Origin: a virus
Lineage: Duplodnaviria; Caudoviricetes
Virus record (IMG/VR): IMGVR_UViG_3300022750_000015
Span: 1-56,972 of that record
DNA length: 56,972 nt
Direction: 5' to 3' (one strand)
Of this stretch, positions 18,082 through 27,505 are shown in pieces. Under the pieces are notes generated by a model, which was not told where the DNA came from, did not search any database, and saw nothing but the letters and a program-made list of their open reading frames with translations. Positions within the stretch are counted from its first letter, which is position 1; every line of letters starts with the position of its first letter. A program made the translations under genes and the position numbers.

Positions 18082-18378
18082 ATGGAGCAAACAATTAGAC
18101 TACTCGAAAACGAGATAGCCAAAAAGAAAAGAACCTTAAGACAGTTAGAAGCAGCTAAAACAGAATACTTAGATGCGGCTATAGAGACTCAAACCGGTAT
18201 AAACAGAGAGTCAGAAGATTTATACCCACTTGAGCGACAGTTGGAGCAGATGTACTCGAAGTACCCTAAGGTAGAGCCACAAAAAAGTGAAGATTCCCGA
18301 AAGGATACGACACCTCGTACTAAAGCATCACCTAACAGATTGAGCAGATATCCCCCTTTAGATGACGACGATTTATAA
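18082..18378 (+). CDS. Coiled-coil hypothetical protein with acidic tail
   Basis: 98 aa, ends PPLDDDDL. Confidence 0.7.
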   Translation: MEQTIRLLENEIAKKKRTLRQLEAAKTEYLDAAIETQTGINRESEDLYPLERQLEQMYSKYPKVEPQKSEDSRKDTTPRTKASPNRLSRYPPLDDDDL

Positions 18379-18384
18379 AATACG

Positions 18385-18409
18385 AAAGCCCCTTAATTAA
18401 GGGGCTTTT
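18385..18409. terminator. Bidirectional terminator
   Basis: AAAGCCCCTTAATTAAGGGGCTTTT palindrome between convergent genes. Confidence 0.85.
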
Positions 18410-18412
18410 CTG

Positions 18413-18712
18413 TTAAACACTCCAATACCAATCTTCCCAAACCGCTGTATGCATAGCAGCTTCTTTACACACGCTGCAACTGACCGAGCCAGCGCATATC
18501 GGATCGTCTATCTTCTGATAGTGCGCGTACAGTAAAGGTTCTCTCGCCTCGGTGGTTAAATGCGCCCACTGTCTTTGTGTATGCCAATATACTATCCTAC
18601 CGGATGCCGTTTCATAAATTATATCGCCCCGGCTATCGCACACATGGTCGCGGCCGTCTATGAAAGCCAGCCCTTGGCCAACCTGTATAATAGCTGATTT
18701 AGAATTATGCAT
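18413..18712 (-). CDS. Hypothetical protein, possibly Zn-binding
   Basis: 99 aa; HVC and CSVC motifs. Confidence 0.65.
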   Translation of the reverse strand: MHNSKSAIIQVGQGLAFIDGRDHVCDSRGDIIYETASGRIVYWHTQRQWAHLTTEAREPLLYAHYQKIDDPICAGSVSCSVCKEAAMHTAVWEDWYWSV

Positions 18713-18872
18713 ATCCGACGCTCGCGTTTTTAAGGTTATTCTGTTTTATATAATTCCGGCAAATAGCAGCTGAGGCATTTACAAATACCTTTTGGCCACA
18801 ATGATAAACCGCAAAACCGCTGCCCCGGCTTGGGGTAGATTTGCTATGCAGGTAGTTAGCTGATCTGTTCAT
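18705..18872 (-). CDS. Small hypothetical protein (55 aa)
   Basis: Read by hand (MNRSANY...VGYA); overlaps both neighbours. Confidence 0.5.
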   Translation of the reverse strand: MNRSANYLHSKSTPSRGSGFAVYHCGQKVFVNASAAICRNYIKQNNLKNASVGYA

Positions 18873-19033
18873 AGTTTCCAACGTTTAAAGAATTTTTCAA
18901 AATTGGCGATTCTATCTAACTCAATTTCGTTGATAGCTAACCGCGTTGATTCACAATAGGGCTCAGGTAGTATAACCTTACGCCTTAGGGGCGGATTACA
19001 CACAACCACAATTGTTAACTTCGGTTGGCACAT
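18869..19033 (-). CDS. Small hypothetical protein (54 aa)
   Basis: Read by hand (MCQPKL...RWKL); ATGA overlap. Confidence 0.5.
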   Translation of the reverse strand: MCQPKLTIVVVCNPPLRRKVILPEPYCESTRLAINEIELDRIANFEKFFKRWKL

Positions 19034-19035
19034 AT

Positions 19036-19695
19036 CTACTCAGGTAAAGGTGAATCAACTGGTTTATTCTGATGCTTGATACGCTTCTGCGCCATAACGT
19101 ACGGGTCGTTTAGCCTGGCAAGCTCTGCCTCCCCGGCATCATGCAGATTAAGCCCCGCAGCACAACACAAGCCCGCCAGGGTAACTAAAGTACCACCGGC
19201 CTCTTGCATAGGCTCACCCACGGGCTTATCCATTACGTGATCGACTAACTGGTGCATAAATTCCCGGCTCATGCCGACACTCTGTACCAGCTCTGTAGCC
19301 TCTTCAAAGAACCGGTGTGCTCGTTGGTCAACGCTGCTGGCAACCTTTAGGCCGAAGCACTCGACGAGCCATATTTGTACACGGCTCTGATAGGTGCTTA
19401 ACGGTTCTACCTTTTCTACGACCGGCGTTTCGGTATGGGTGAAGTGAACAGTAGAGCCTCCGGGTATTTCGCGGAGTAACTCACGTATTTCCCAGCCTAA
19501 AGATTTGGCATGACTAACTGCGCGAGGGTCTATGTTGTCCCACCATTCGCTACCAGGTTTACGGGCTTGAGGTATAAGCTCTACGATAGTAGCCGAATAT
19601 GTATTGGGCTCAAGCATGGTATCATAAAGTAAATCAGGGTTATAACTTGGGGCAGCTTTACCGAAAGCCACAGTCCAGTGAGTAGCTACTACCAT
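19036..19695 (-). CDS. Protein with a C-terminal MazG-like NTP pyrophosphohydrolase domain
   Basis: RAHRFFEEATELVQ...QEAGGTLVTL acidic helical motifs; likely start at 19695. Confidence 0.6.
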   Translation of the reverse strand: MVVATHWTVAFGKAAPSYNPDLLYDTMLEPNTYSATIVELIPQARKPGSEWWDNIDPRAVSHAKSLGWEIRELLREIPGGSTVHFTHTETPVVEKVEPLSTYQSRVQIWLVECFGLKVASSVDQRAHRFFEEATELVQSVGMSREFMHQLVDHVMDKPVGEPMQEAGGTLVTLAGLCCAAGLNLHDAGEAELARLNDPYVMAQKRIKHQNKPVDSPLPE

Positions 19696-19985
19696 CTCGA
19701 TATAATATAAAAGTAAATAGCCGCTATGATCCACAGCATTAAAAACAACCCGCCAAACACATTCTGCTTAAACCGGTAAGCACGATAGGATAAAGCAATG
19801 CTCTCGCGTTCAAGCATTGTTCTTTTTACGCGGGCTGTTGCTTTAGCTATATCAGCTTTAAGCAGGTTACCTACCGGTCTGCGCTCGCTCGGTATGGCCG
19901 AATGTGTGCAATTACGGATACGTTGCTGCCCTCCGGGAAACACAACATTTACTAATTTGTCGGGATGGTTTTTTACTGTTATCAT
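19689..19985 (-). CDS. Hypothetical protein with C-terminal TM helix
   Basis: 98 aa; promoter directly upstream. Confidence 0.65.
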   Translation of the reverse strand: MITVKNHPDKLVNVVFPGGQQRIRNCTHSAIPSERRPVGNLLKADIAKATARVKRTMLERESIALSYRAYRFKQNVFGGLFLMLWIIAAIYFYIISRW

Positions 19986-20006
19986 TATAATAGGGTTTTA
20001 TTATCT

Positions 20007-20083
20007 CAAATATAGAGGATTATCTGTAAATATAAAAATATTTAAAATTATTTTTTGTTATTCAAATTTATGTCATACATTTG
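20007..20083. promoter_or_regulatory. Divergent Bacteroidetes-type promoters
   Basis: TATATTTG on minus (20014-20007); TTTG 20054-20057 plus TACATTTG 20076-20083 on plus. Confidence 0.7.
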
Positions 20084-20087
20084 AGGC

Positions 20088-20615
20088 ATGAGCAAGACAT
20101 ATTTAGCAGCCCTTACGGTTTTATATGCCGATAACATTGTCGCAGATAACGCTTTTATCCACGACATTAAATTGCGTCTTACGCGAGACGGCGTTAACGA
20201 AACTATCGAATACCTTGATAGAGAAGGTTACGACAGCAGATTATTTGAAGATAAGCAATTTGCGGTTAAACCTAAAGAGGGTTCGTGTATACTTCGGGTA
20301 CAAGGAATGCTGTTAACAGGTACTCAGGTCGAACCGCATAGGGAAATGTACTCTCGTGGGCGTTCTTTGCTATCCGCTTCTGAGCGAGTGTTAGCCCTCC
20401 GCTCAGAGTGCATCAAAACCGTAACTACTTTTATGGCCGACTTCAATGAATACGCAGCTGACGACTTTAAGCTACATAAAAATAGGCATAAGGGCGTATT
20501 GCTCACTCACGGCGGGTATATTAATCACATTGAGAGTAACGCTATTCGCCTCGAGACTTTGGCTAAGATTGCCGATCACCTTAAATCCTTAGAAGATGCT
20601 GGGCGAACTGACTAA
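20088..20615 (+). CDS. Hypothetical protein
   Basis: 175 aa ORF directly after the promoter. Confidence 0.7.
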   Translation: MSKTYLAALTVLYADNIVADNAFIHDIKLRLTRDGVNETIEYLDREGYDSRLFEDKQFAVKPKEGSCILRVQGMLLTGTQVEPHREMYSRGRSLLSASERVLALRSECIKTVTTFMADFNEYAADDFKLHKNRHKGVLLTHGGYINHIESNAIRLETLAKIADHLKSLEDAGRTD

Positions 20616-20736
20616 CGATTATTTTATCTGGACGACTATACGTTGTCCTAAATGCAGCGACTCGCTGCTTTACATTATGGGTAAATTATACATTTGCGAA
20701 AAGTGCGGGCATTATGAGAAAACACCTGAAAGATAA
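20596..20736 (+). CDS. Small zinc-ribbon protein (46 aa)
   Basis: Read by hand; CPKC...CEKC. Confidence 0.55.
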   Translation: MLGELTNDYFIWTTIRCPKCSDSLLYIMGKLYICEKCGHYEKTPER

Positions 20737-20801
20737 TTGGGAAGAGTACACTTTAGTGTTGGTTATAGCCGCACTACTGTGGTGTATATTTAATTTATAA
20801 C

Positions 20802-21176
20802 ATGACAACAAAAGAAATAGCGAAGGTCGCCGTAACAGTTACGCAGATCATCAAAACGAACCTGGACGCGGATCCGCAGGATATCATCTTTAAGATACAG
20901 GAGGCGTTTCCTAAACTACCGGTAAATGACATAATCGGTATCATAACCAACATGGCCATACAGTACGGCTTCGAGTACATGGATGTAAACGATATTATCC
21001 GCATCGTCCAGGCAGGGGCTAAACGAGCCGTTAGCGATATCGTGTGGAATGAGACGTGGCAGAATTTCGCTCAGGCGTTCCTATTCGCCGCTCACCTGGT
21101 AGCGAAGATAGTGCCGCCTAAATGGGGCAAGGTTATCACGTTGGTTTTAGATGCTTACGAGAAAATTAGTAAATAA
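20802..21176 (+). CDS. Hypothetical protein
   Basis: 124 aa with an internal VNDII repeat. Confidence 0.7.
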   Translation: MTTKEIAKVAVTVTQIIKTNLDADPQDIIFKIQEAFPKLPVNDIIGIITNMAIQYGFEYMDVNDIIRIVQAGAKRAVSDIVWNETWQNFAQAFLFAAHLVAKIVPPKWGKVITLVLDAYEKISK

Positions 21177-21706
21177 TGACTATAGAACAATTAGCCAAAC
21201 AAATCTATACCGATTACTGCGTAGGTGTAGGAGGCGTAGCTTACAACGGGGATAAACTACCGGACGCAGATACTTTCTTCGCTGACGAGACTAAAAAGAA
21301 ACAAGCGGATGCCTGGAAAGCTGTAGCCGAAAACCTGTACCCCAAACTAACGTCCGAAATATACTTACAACGCTCGCACTATCTGAGCGGCGTACCAGTT
21401 ATGGACCGTATGACTATAAACCTGGGCAACGGGATGGAACTCAGAATAACCTACGATCAGTGGGGCAAACTGGTAGAAGAAGTTGGCGCCAAGGTTAAAG
21501 AAGATTTGGTGTTAACCGGTAAAGCTTTACAAAAGTTTGAAGTCAGGCGTATTCAGGTAAAAGATTGTATAAACGATCTGACGAAGCTCTTTTACCACGG
21601 AGACGAGGATGGTGATTTTATGTTCCGTACCGACATAAAGGACATTAAAGAAGAACAACTGTACGAAGTTTTAGAGAAACACCGAAAGGTTTTAGGATTC
21701 GAATAA
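21176..21706 (+). CDS. Hypothetical protein
   Basis: 176 aa, TAATG overlap. Confidence 0.7.
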   Translation: MTIEQLAKQIYTDYCVGVGGVAYNGDKLPDADTFFADETKKKQADAWKAVAENLYPKLTSEIYLQRSHYLSGVPVMDRMTINLGNGMELRITYDQWGKLVEEVGAKVKEDLVLTGKALQKFEVRRIQVKDCINDLTKLFYHGDEDGDFMFRTDIKDIKEEQLYEVLEKHRKVLGFE

Positions 21707-21708
21707 CT

Positions 21709-21741
21709 AAAAAGCCCCTATCGTAATGTTAGGGGCTTTTT
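21709..21741. terminator. Bidirectional terminator ending the late operon
   Basis: AAAAAGCCCCTA-N9-TAGGGGCTTTTT. Confidence 0.85.
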
Positions 21742-21745
21742 ACAT

Positions 21746-22024
21746 TTAAAGTGCTTCTTTAATCTTGTCTTGGGCGTTCTCAGCCTTCAGGTTGGTATCC
21801 GCCGTAGTAATAACCTTGGCAGGCTCAAAAGCGAAGTTCTTTAACAGATAGGCTACTCCGCCGGCAATAGAAGCCATGGCTATAGCCGTCCAGTTAAACT
21901 TCAATTGCCCGGCTTCAACTGTCTGTTGGATAATAACCAACGCCGGTGTTAACACGGCCATTAATAACGCCCGAAGCCAGTCGGCCCCTTGCAGCGTAAA
22001 CTTTTTCGATAATCTTACTTGCAT
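21746..22024 (-). CDS. Putative holin
   Basis: 92 aa, 2 TM, charged C-tail, adjacent to the endolysin. Confidence 0.65.
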   Translation of the reverse strand: MQVRLSKKFTLQGADWLRALLMAVLTPALVIIQQTVEAGQLKFNWTAIAMASIAGGVAYLLKNFAFEPAKVITTADTNLKAENAQDKIKEAL

Positions 22025-22029
22025 ATATT

Positions 22030-22743
22030 TTAGTTTAAATACTTATTACTAACCCAGCCTATCAGCTTACCGAACTCGATCTTACTCCACGACCCGTTAC
22101 GTTCCAGTTCTACTACATCGGCTCCGGCCGGTAGTGTACGGATTAAAGTAAATTCGGTACCGGCTCCTGAGCGCAAATTAAGCCCTGTGACAGTCTTAAA
22201 GGCTTTAGGCGATACAGAACCTATCTGCAGGTACGAAGTCCCTGGGATAAACTTCTTTTCGGCCTTTATAGCTTTAAGCTGAGACACTGATAGACCGAAA
22301 GTCTTTTGGAAATGCGGTTTGTCGACTATCGACGACCAGTCGCCGCCCCACTGCCAGCCGTGCGCCTTGAATATGGCCACAACCTCCGTCCAATCGGCTA
22401 TACGATCGTTATCATAATCGGTAACGTCATTCCAGGATGCGGTCTTACCGTCTATGATCAGGGCGAAGTCTAAAGCTAAGCCATAATTATGCAAAGAGTC
22501 TCCGGCTTTAGCGTTGGTAACCTTATAGCCCATCGGGCGTTGTTTACTTACGCCATCCGGGTTCTTAACTGTACGCCCTGAAGCATACAAGTCGTTCTGT
22601 TCTTTATCGGTACGAAGTGTATAAGTGTATCTCACCTTAGCGCGGCCGGTGAGGGCCTGATCACATAAGGCGAGAATGTCAAGGGCTTCGGTTCGAAGCT
22701 TAGGGTGTAGCAGTGCTACGCGTTTGGTTGATAGGGCGTCCAT
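22030..22743 (-). CDS. Endolysin: M15 family (L-Ala-D-Glu-type) peptidase plus C-terminal SH3b domain
   Basis: RT..EQ..LY, SLHNYGLALD, WGGDW..D.PHFQ; LNLRSGAG...GWVS. Confidence 0.9.
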   Translation of the reverse strand: MDALSTKRVALLHPKLRTEALDILALCDQALTGRAKVRYTYTLRTDKEQNDLYASGRTVKNPDGVSKQRPMGYKVTNAKAGDSLHNYGLALDFALIIDGKTASWNDVTDYDNDRIADWTEVVAIFKAHGWQWGGDWSSIVDKPHFQKTFGLSVSQLKAIKAEKKFIPGTSYLQIGSVSPKAFKTVTGLNLRSGAGTEFTLIRTLPAGADVVELERNGSWSKIEFGKLIGWVSNKYLN

Positions 22744-22747
22744 AATT

Positions 22748-22784
22748 CAAATATACAAAAAAGCCCCGCTTATGCAGGGCTTTT
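22748..22784 (-). promoter_or_regulatory. Terminator hairpin followed by a -7 promoter element for the lysis genes
   Basis: Hairpin 22757-22784; TATATTTG at 22755-22748, 4 nt before the ATG. Confidence 0.6.
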
Positions 22785-22787
22785 AAA

Positions 22788-24656
22788 TTAAGAAACTGTC
22801 ATTCTAACCTGGATGTAATTGAGAGCAGGAGGCGTTGACTGCCATGCGCCGGGAACTGTAATCCCCCAATCCAGATTAATTTTTACAAATTCATCTGTTA
22901 ACTGAGCAGTGGTAGGGGCGATATTACTTCCGCGATATTCTAAAGAAACCGTTCTGCCAACAACGTCTAAAACAGGGGCGTTACCGATAAAATCAGTCTT
23001 GCCGTTCATGAATATTACAGGGCTTATGCCGGCACCCCACCCAAATAACGCACCATTCATAGGAACAAGTTTGCCCGTAAATTTCCACGTATTCCAGCCG
23101 AACAACTGCGGGAATCGAATATCCTGCTTGTATCTACCAAACGGGTTGACAACTTTTGCCATATTCCCGTTTGGGTTGCCTCCGTGCAAGTGAGCATCGC
23201 CTTGTATAATTAACCCCCGCGTCCCTTCGTCGAAAACCATCCCCTCTATCTCGCCGCCTAAAACAGGGTTGGCTCCGCTCCATAATATGGCGTGTCCCGG
23301 TTCATGACTATACAGTGTAACAGCACTGGCGCCACTTGTACCGCAAACGAATATGCCATATGAACATACTGTCAGCCCCTCCCAGGCACCATTAGTTGTA
23401 AAGCTATCGATAAGCGATTTGCTTACAAGGTCGTAAATATATAAGGTTACTATATTGTTAAACTTAATGTACAGCCTTTTTTCATAAACCACAATCATAC
23501 CGGCCTCCCCGGCAACTGCAGGAAAGTAATCAGACTTTACTTTTTCTCCGTTTTTATTAACACATATTATTACCCTGTTGCCGTTTTGCGCTGAATTTGC
23601 ACCCTTAATAGTGCCGAAAGCGTAAATAAACCCTTCTTCAAAATCATAAGCTACGCCCTGTATATGATCTAAAAAAGCAGTCACATTAATTATTCTTGAC
23701 GGGTTTGGCGTTATAGTACCGACCGGTGAGTACGGAATCAGTTCTGATATTTTCTGATCGAAAATCCTCGATGTAGTAGCGTAGTTGTAGCAAGCTATCA
23801 ATAGCCGCCTCGTGACGGGATCCATTGATAAACCAGTATTACCAGATATATACCCATTAACCGCACTGCCGTTAACCAGGTCGGTATCCGCTACCACGGT
23901 ATAAGCTTCGTTCTCATAAGGCAACACGGTGTTATCTATTTTCCAATCCGCGCCATAAACGCCGGGCGCCCGGCCTATCCGTAAAAAGCCAGATGCGGAA
24001 AGCGTAACGGTGATGTTAACAGAACCCCGCATAGTGATAAATATATTACCAGACAAGTCGACATTGGTGAAACTATATTTCGCACTTGAATTTGCGCCAA
24101 CCGCGCAATAGATAGTAACAGTATTGATGTTTATCCGTTCTATAAATATCCTCAATCTACTGCCAACCGTTAAAGCCAACGCGGCATTTGCCCCTACAAA
24201 GCCGGCAACACCTGCCTGCGGCCCTCGTACAAGTGTACCGTTTTGTGCAACCTGGAGTTGAGAGATAGGGGTATTCATGTTAGCGCCGAAACCTACACCT
24301 AACTGAAAACTACTGGTGACTGTTGAAGTCAGTAGTATATCAGCTTGTAATATTCGGCTATTTAACACCCAGGGTTTGCCGGTGTTAAAATACGTTTGGT
24401 ATCCGGTTCCTGCGCCGTCTGTGTATCCACTAATGGCTACAGACTGCCCCGTTAACGTCTGTGATATGCCGGGGATGACAGTTGGGTAAACTGGGCTTTG
24501 TGTCGACCCCGATGAAAATCGGACGTATGGCATAGGGAGTACGGGGACTTCATTCTCAAATAATGCATTGTCTGAGAAAAAAGGGACTGGGCCTTTTGTC
24601 ATAGCTATTACCTTCTTGCCATTAGCCATAAGACCCGGCGTGTCAGAAATTATCAT
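22788..24656 (-). CDS. Putative receptor-binding/tail-associated protein (beta-rich, possible propeller)
   Basis: 622 aa; repeated QG/EG-hydrophobic blade-like segments; follows a fibre gene. Confidence 0.55.
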   Translation of the reverse strand: MIISDTPGLMANGKKVIAMTKGPVPFFSDNALFENEVPVLPMPYVRFSSGSTQSPVYPTVIPGISQTLTGQSVAISGYTDGAGTGYQTYFNTGKPWVLNSRILQADILLTSTVTSSFQLGVGFGANMNTPISQLQVAQNGTLVRGPQAGVAGFVGANAALALTVGSRLRIFIERININTVTIYCAVGANSSAKYSFTNVDLSGNIFITMRGSVNITVTLSASGFLRIGRAPGVYGADWKIDNTVLPYENEAYTVVADTDLVNGSAVNGYISGNTGLSMDPVTRRLLIACYNYATTSRIFDQKISELIPYSPVGTITPNPSRIINVTAFLDHIQGVAYDFEEGFIYAFGTIKGANSAQNGNRVIICVNKNGEKVKSDYFPAVAGEAGMIVVYEKRLYIKFNNIVTLYIYDLVSKSLIDSFTTNGAWEGLTVCSYGIFVCGTSGASAVTLYSHEPGHAILWSGANPVLGGEIEGMVFDEGTRGLIIQGDAHLHGGNPNGNMAKVVNPFGRYKQDIRFPQLFGWNTWKFTGKLVPMNGALFGWGAGISPVIFMNGKTDFIGNAPVLDVVGRTVSLEYRGSNIAPTTAQLTDEFVKINLDWGITVPGAWQSTPPALNYIQVRMTVS

Positions 24657-25426
24657 ACTGTCGTAGTTATAGCGTAGTTAATAGTAGGGTCGAAATCTCC
24701 TGCGGCCATGGCGTTTGCCTGCGCCCTCGTGAGGTTAATTTGCTTAGGCCGTAATGTCAGTTCGTCAAAAACACCATTACTCGACACGGGGTTATTGCTA
24801 CCGTCTGTAGGGACTGCGTCTATGGTTACTGATGCGCTACCTTGAGCCTTAACGAAAGCGGTTGTGGCAATTTTAGTACTATCATCATCAGTTGAAGGCG
24901 TTGGCGCAGTTGGGGTGCCAGTAAATTCGGGGGAATTAAGTAGAGCGTACCCGCTTAAATCTTGGTCGCCGGTATTTACCCCGGACTGATTGTCTAATTT
25001 ATTTTTATCAGTTGAAGTAAACTGTTTTGCAGTTGTTCCAGATGGAATATCATCCTGGGTTAATGATACATCACCACCTACAGGATCAATGCCATTAACC
25101 GATTCCACGGTACCGCTACCGTCTCCTCCCTGTGCGGCTTCCCCGATACCTAATAAATCAAAGTAAGATATCAATTCGGATAATATCACGTTGGGCGAAA
25201 TTATATCGCCATTTCCATTAACGAACATATCCACATTAATATCCAAAAGCTCAGGTACCTGTATACCATAACTCCTAATTGAGATAAGGTCGTCCGATCT
25301 GAACTGAGTTGATAGATTTGTGATTTTATACCCCCAGCTTCCAGGCTGTTCGGTTAATGAGAATTCATCACCTTTACTAAAGGTAATTTTCGAGTTGGAT
25401 AAAACAACTTTAATTGGATTAATCAT
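24653..25426 (-). CDS. Tail fibre-like protein
   Basis: SVNG..G.V.L, SPEFTGTPTAPT...TKIATTAFV, D..PTDGSNNPVSS fibre motifs. Confidence 0.75.
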   Translation of the reverse strand: MINPIKVVLSNSKITFSKGDEFSLTEQPGSWGYKITNLSTQFRSDDLISIRSYGIQVPELLDINVDMFVNGNGDIISPNVILSELISYFDLLGIGEAAQGGDGSGTVESVNGIDPVGGDVSLTQDDIPSGTTAKQFTSTDKNKLDNQSGVNTGDQDLSGYALLNSPEFTGTPTAPTPSTDDDSTKIATTAFVKAQGSASVTIDAVPTDGSNNPVSSNGVFDELTLRPKQINLTRAQANAMAAGDFDPTINYAITTTV

Positions 25427-25452
25427 GCTTTGGTCAAATTTTATTAACCAAA

Positions 25453-25482
25453 AATAGCTAAAATGTGATTATTTTAGCTATT
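25453..25482. repeat. 12-bp inverted repeat (operator or hairpin)
   Basis: AATAGCTAAAAT-gtgatt-ATTTTAGCTATT. Confidence 0.7.
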
Positions 25483-25508
25483 GTAACGTATTTTTAACAG
25501 AATGGTAA

Positions 25509-25880
25509 TTAACCGACTGTATCCTTAAACACCTCTGGTACTTTCTTATAAGTCACAGACCATGTAAGGAACATTACCAGTACATACGTAACCAAATGGT
25601 TTAGCCGATCCCAAGTTGTAAGAATATACAGGCTATCTGGTATTTGCATATGATACTCGAAATATGCCTTAAATCTCACCCAAAACGCCGGAATCTCCGA
25701 CAGTGCGGCCGACGAATAGTACATTACTATTATGATTTGTACCCACCACTCGTTAGATTTATGCTCGAGACGCCGAAGGTATCTAATGTGAAATACAGCC
25801 CAGCACGGCAGCATTAGAACCATTATTATGTTTATTAAAGTTATAATATACTGATTAGTATTAGTTGTTAACTGATCCAT
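25509..25880 (-). CDS. Membrane protein (~3 TM)
   Basis: Hydrophobic segments in 123 aa. Confidence 0.7.
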   Translation of the reverse strand: MDQLTTNTNQYIITLINIIMVLMLPCWAVFHIRYLRRLEHKSNEWWVQIIIVMYYSSAALSEIPAFWVRFKAYFEYHMQIPDSLYILTTWDRLNHLVTYVLVMFLTWSVTYKKVPEVFKDTVG

Positions 25881-26214
25881 TGCCTTTAATGTTTGTTAGA
25901 TATGTACCTCCGGTAATCCCACCATACCACAATGTCGCTAATAGCATGCCAGCATTTACTATAGAGTATAATTGTATTGAATAATCATAAAACTGGAAAT
26001 CCAATGCTGTCTTTGCATATGGAAGTTGTAAGAAAATAAAAGCGCCGGTATAGCCCGCAGCTTTTACTCTCGCCGATATTTTATTACTTTTTGGCTGGGC
26101 GTTACCTTCTCTCATTCTAATCGTGTTATCTATATACTTCCAAAGGACAATAATTACACCGACGACAAAAATAGTAATTTTAGCAAGTGCGAACCATTGC
26201 TCTTGGCAGCCCAT
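25861..26214 (-). CDS. Membrane protein (2-3 TM)
   Basis: Hydrophobic segments in 117 aa. Confidence 0.7.
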   Translation of the reverse strand: MGCQEQWFALAKITIFVVGVIIVLWKYIDNTIRMREGNAQPKSNKISARVKAAGYTGAFIFLQLPYAKTALDFQFYDYSIQLYSIVNAGMLLATLWYGGITGGTYLTNIKGNGSVNN

Positions 26215-26220
26215 AATTTT

Positions 26221-26589
26221 TTATGTGTTTTTAAATAACCCGTTTCTCCAAGCGCTTACAAACAACGAAATACAGATAATTACCCACAGGCAATTATAGA
26301 CAACTATTTGTAAAATCGGTTCATTAATAACCCCGTGGTGGGTTAAAATTATTAATAAAAAATTACATATTACACATATAATAGTAAATCTACCAACCAT
26401 TTCGCGCAACCAGGTTGAATAGCCGTGCCAACTATCTACAGTGTAGTACAATAGAATCGAAGCTGTAGTATATGAATACCACAGCTTCTTAATTTCCGGC
26501 AGATAGTCCGGGTTCGGCAAATTTAATACGTAAGTATTAAAAGAAACCAAATAAGCCAGTAAAGCCAATATTGAAAACGCTAATCTCAT
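26221..26589 (-). CDS. Membrane protein (~4 TM)
   Basis: Hydrophobic segments in 122 aa; ATGA overlap with the peptide gene. Confidence 0.7.
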   Translation of the reverse strand: MRLAFSILALLAYLVSFNTYVLNLPNPDYLPEIKKLWYSYTTASILLYYTVDSWHGYSTWLREMVGRFTIICVICNFLLIILTHHGVINEPILQIVVYNCLWVIICISLFVSAWRNGLFKNT

Positions 26590-26768
26590 GGATGGCCACC
26601 AATATCAAGAACACATTTTTGCAATGTTTCACTCCAATAGTAACCCGTTTCACAATCGTGATCTCTACGGGCGTCTGAGCCGGAATTAATCAAACCGATT
26701 AACTCAAAGCCCTCGATTACCTTGTCTTTTCCGAATTTTTCGACTAATTTTTCAATGATTTTTTCCAT
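26586..26768 (-). CDS. 60-aa peptide with amphipathic N-terminus and C-x12-C loop
   Basis: MEKIIEKLVEKFG...RRDHDCETGYYWSETLQKCVLDIGGHP. Confidence 0.7.
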   Translation of the reverse strand: MEKIIEKLVEKFGKDKVIEGFELIGLINSGSDARRDHDCETGYYWSETLQKCVLDIGGHP

Positions 26769-26911
26769 TTGGTCAAAGTGTTTTTATTTTCCCGAATATA
26801 CGTATTTGAAAAGAAACAGAAAACCAGAATAAAGGTCACAACCAAGAATATTTCTATTTTAATAATAGCTACTCCCCATAGTGTTTTTATTTCTGATTCT
26901 GTTGGTTTCAT
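26744..26911 (-). CDS. Small single-TM protein (55 aa)
   Basis: ATG at 26911 overlaps the upstream stop (TAATG). Confidence 0.45.
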   Translation of the reverse strand: MKPTESEIKTLWGVAIIKIEIFLVVTFILVFCFFSNTYIRENKNTLTKWKKSLKN

Positions 26912-27504
26912 TAGAATGCATCCCTGTAGAGCCAAAAATTAGTTAATGAACTGGTTCCCAAACCGACACCAGTAAACTGCAAAGATACACTCAATGTGTT
27001 GTCTGTAGAACCGGTAGCCGCGAACGCTCCGACAGGCGTTGCGGAAGCGGTAGTTAAGTTAATAAGCGTTCCGTTAGGCTGTCTTATTTCAGCAAAGGGT
27101 ATCTGAGTATTCATGCCGGTAGCAATCATATAAAACTCAACCGTGAACAACTGGTTTGCAGCGCCGCCTGTGAGAGGCGTACTGCTTAATAGGTTGAACG
27201 TTTGACCCCCATATTGAAATGTTATCGAAAGCCCCGGTATACTAATAAGAGGGGTTGTAAGTCTAAAGGTCATATACAACCTATACCAACGGGTAGGAAT
27301 AAAAGTATTGGCGGGGATAACCTCGCTATAGAAAACAGTTGAGGGGCTTGATTGCGTAATCGTGGTTCCAGGCGACATAGATATTATGCCGCCCATTGGT
27401 GTAACAATCTTGTTTGATTGCCCCTGAGCCTTGCCGATATTCCCGTGGGATATTTGCCAGAATAAAAACAACAACGAAATGGTGTAGAATAATATTCGCT
27501 TCAT
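26911..27504 (-). CDS. Beta-rich protein with signal peptide
   Basis: MKRILFYTISLLFLFWQISHG N-terminus. Confidence 0.7.
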   Translation of the reverse strand: MKRILFYTISLLFLFWQISHGNIGKAQGQSNKIVTPMGGIISMSPGTTITQSSPSTVFYSEVIPANTFIPTRWYRLYMTFRLTTPLISIPGLSITFQYGGQTFNLLSSTPLTGGAANQLFTVEFYMIATGMNTQIPFAEIRQPNGTLINLTTASATPVGAFAATGSTDNTLSVSLQFTGVGLGTSSLTNFWLYRDAF

Positions 27505-27505
27505 T

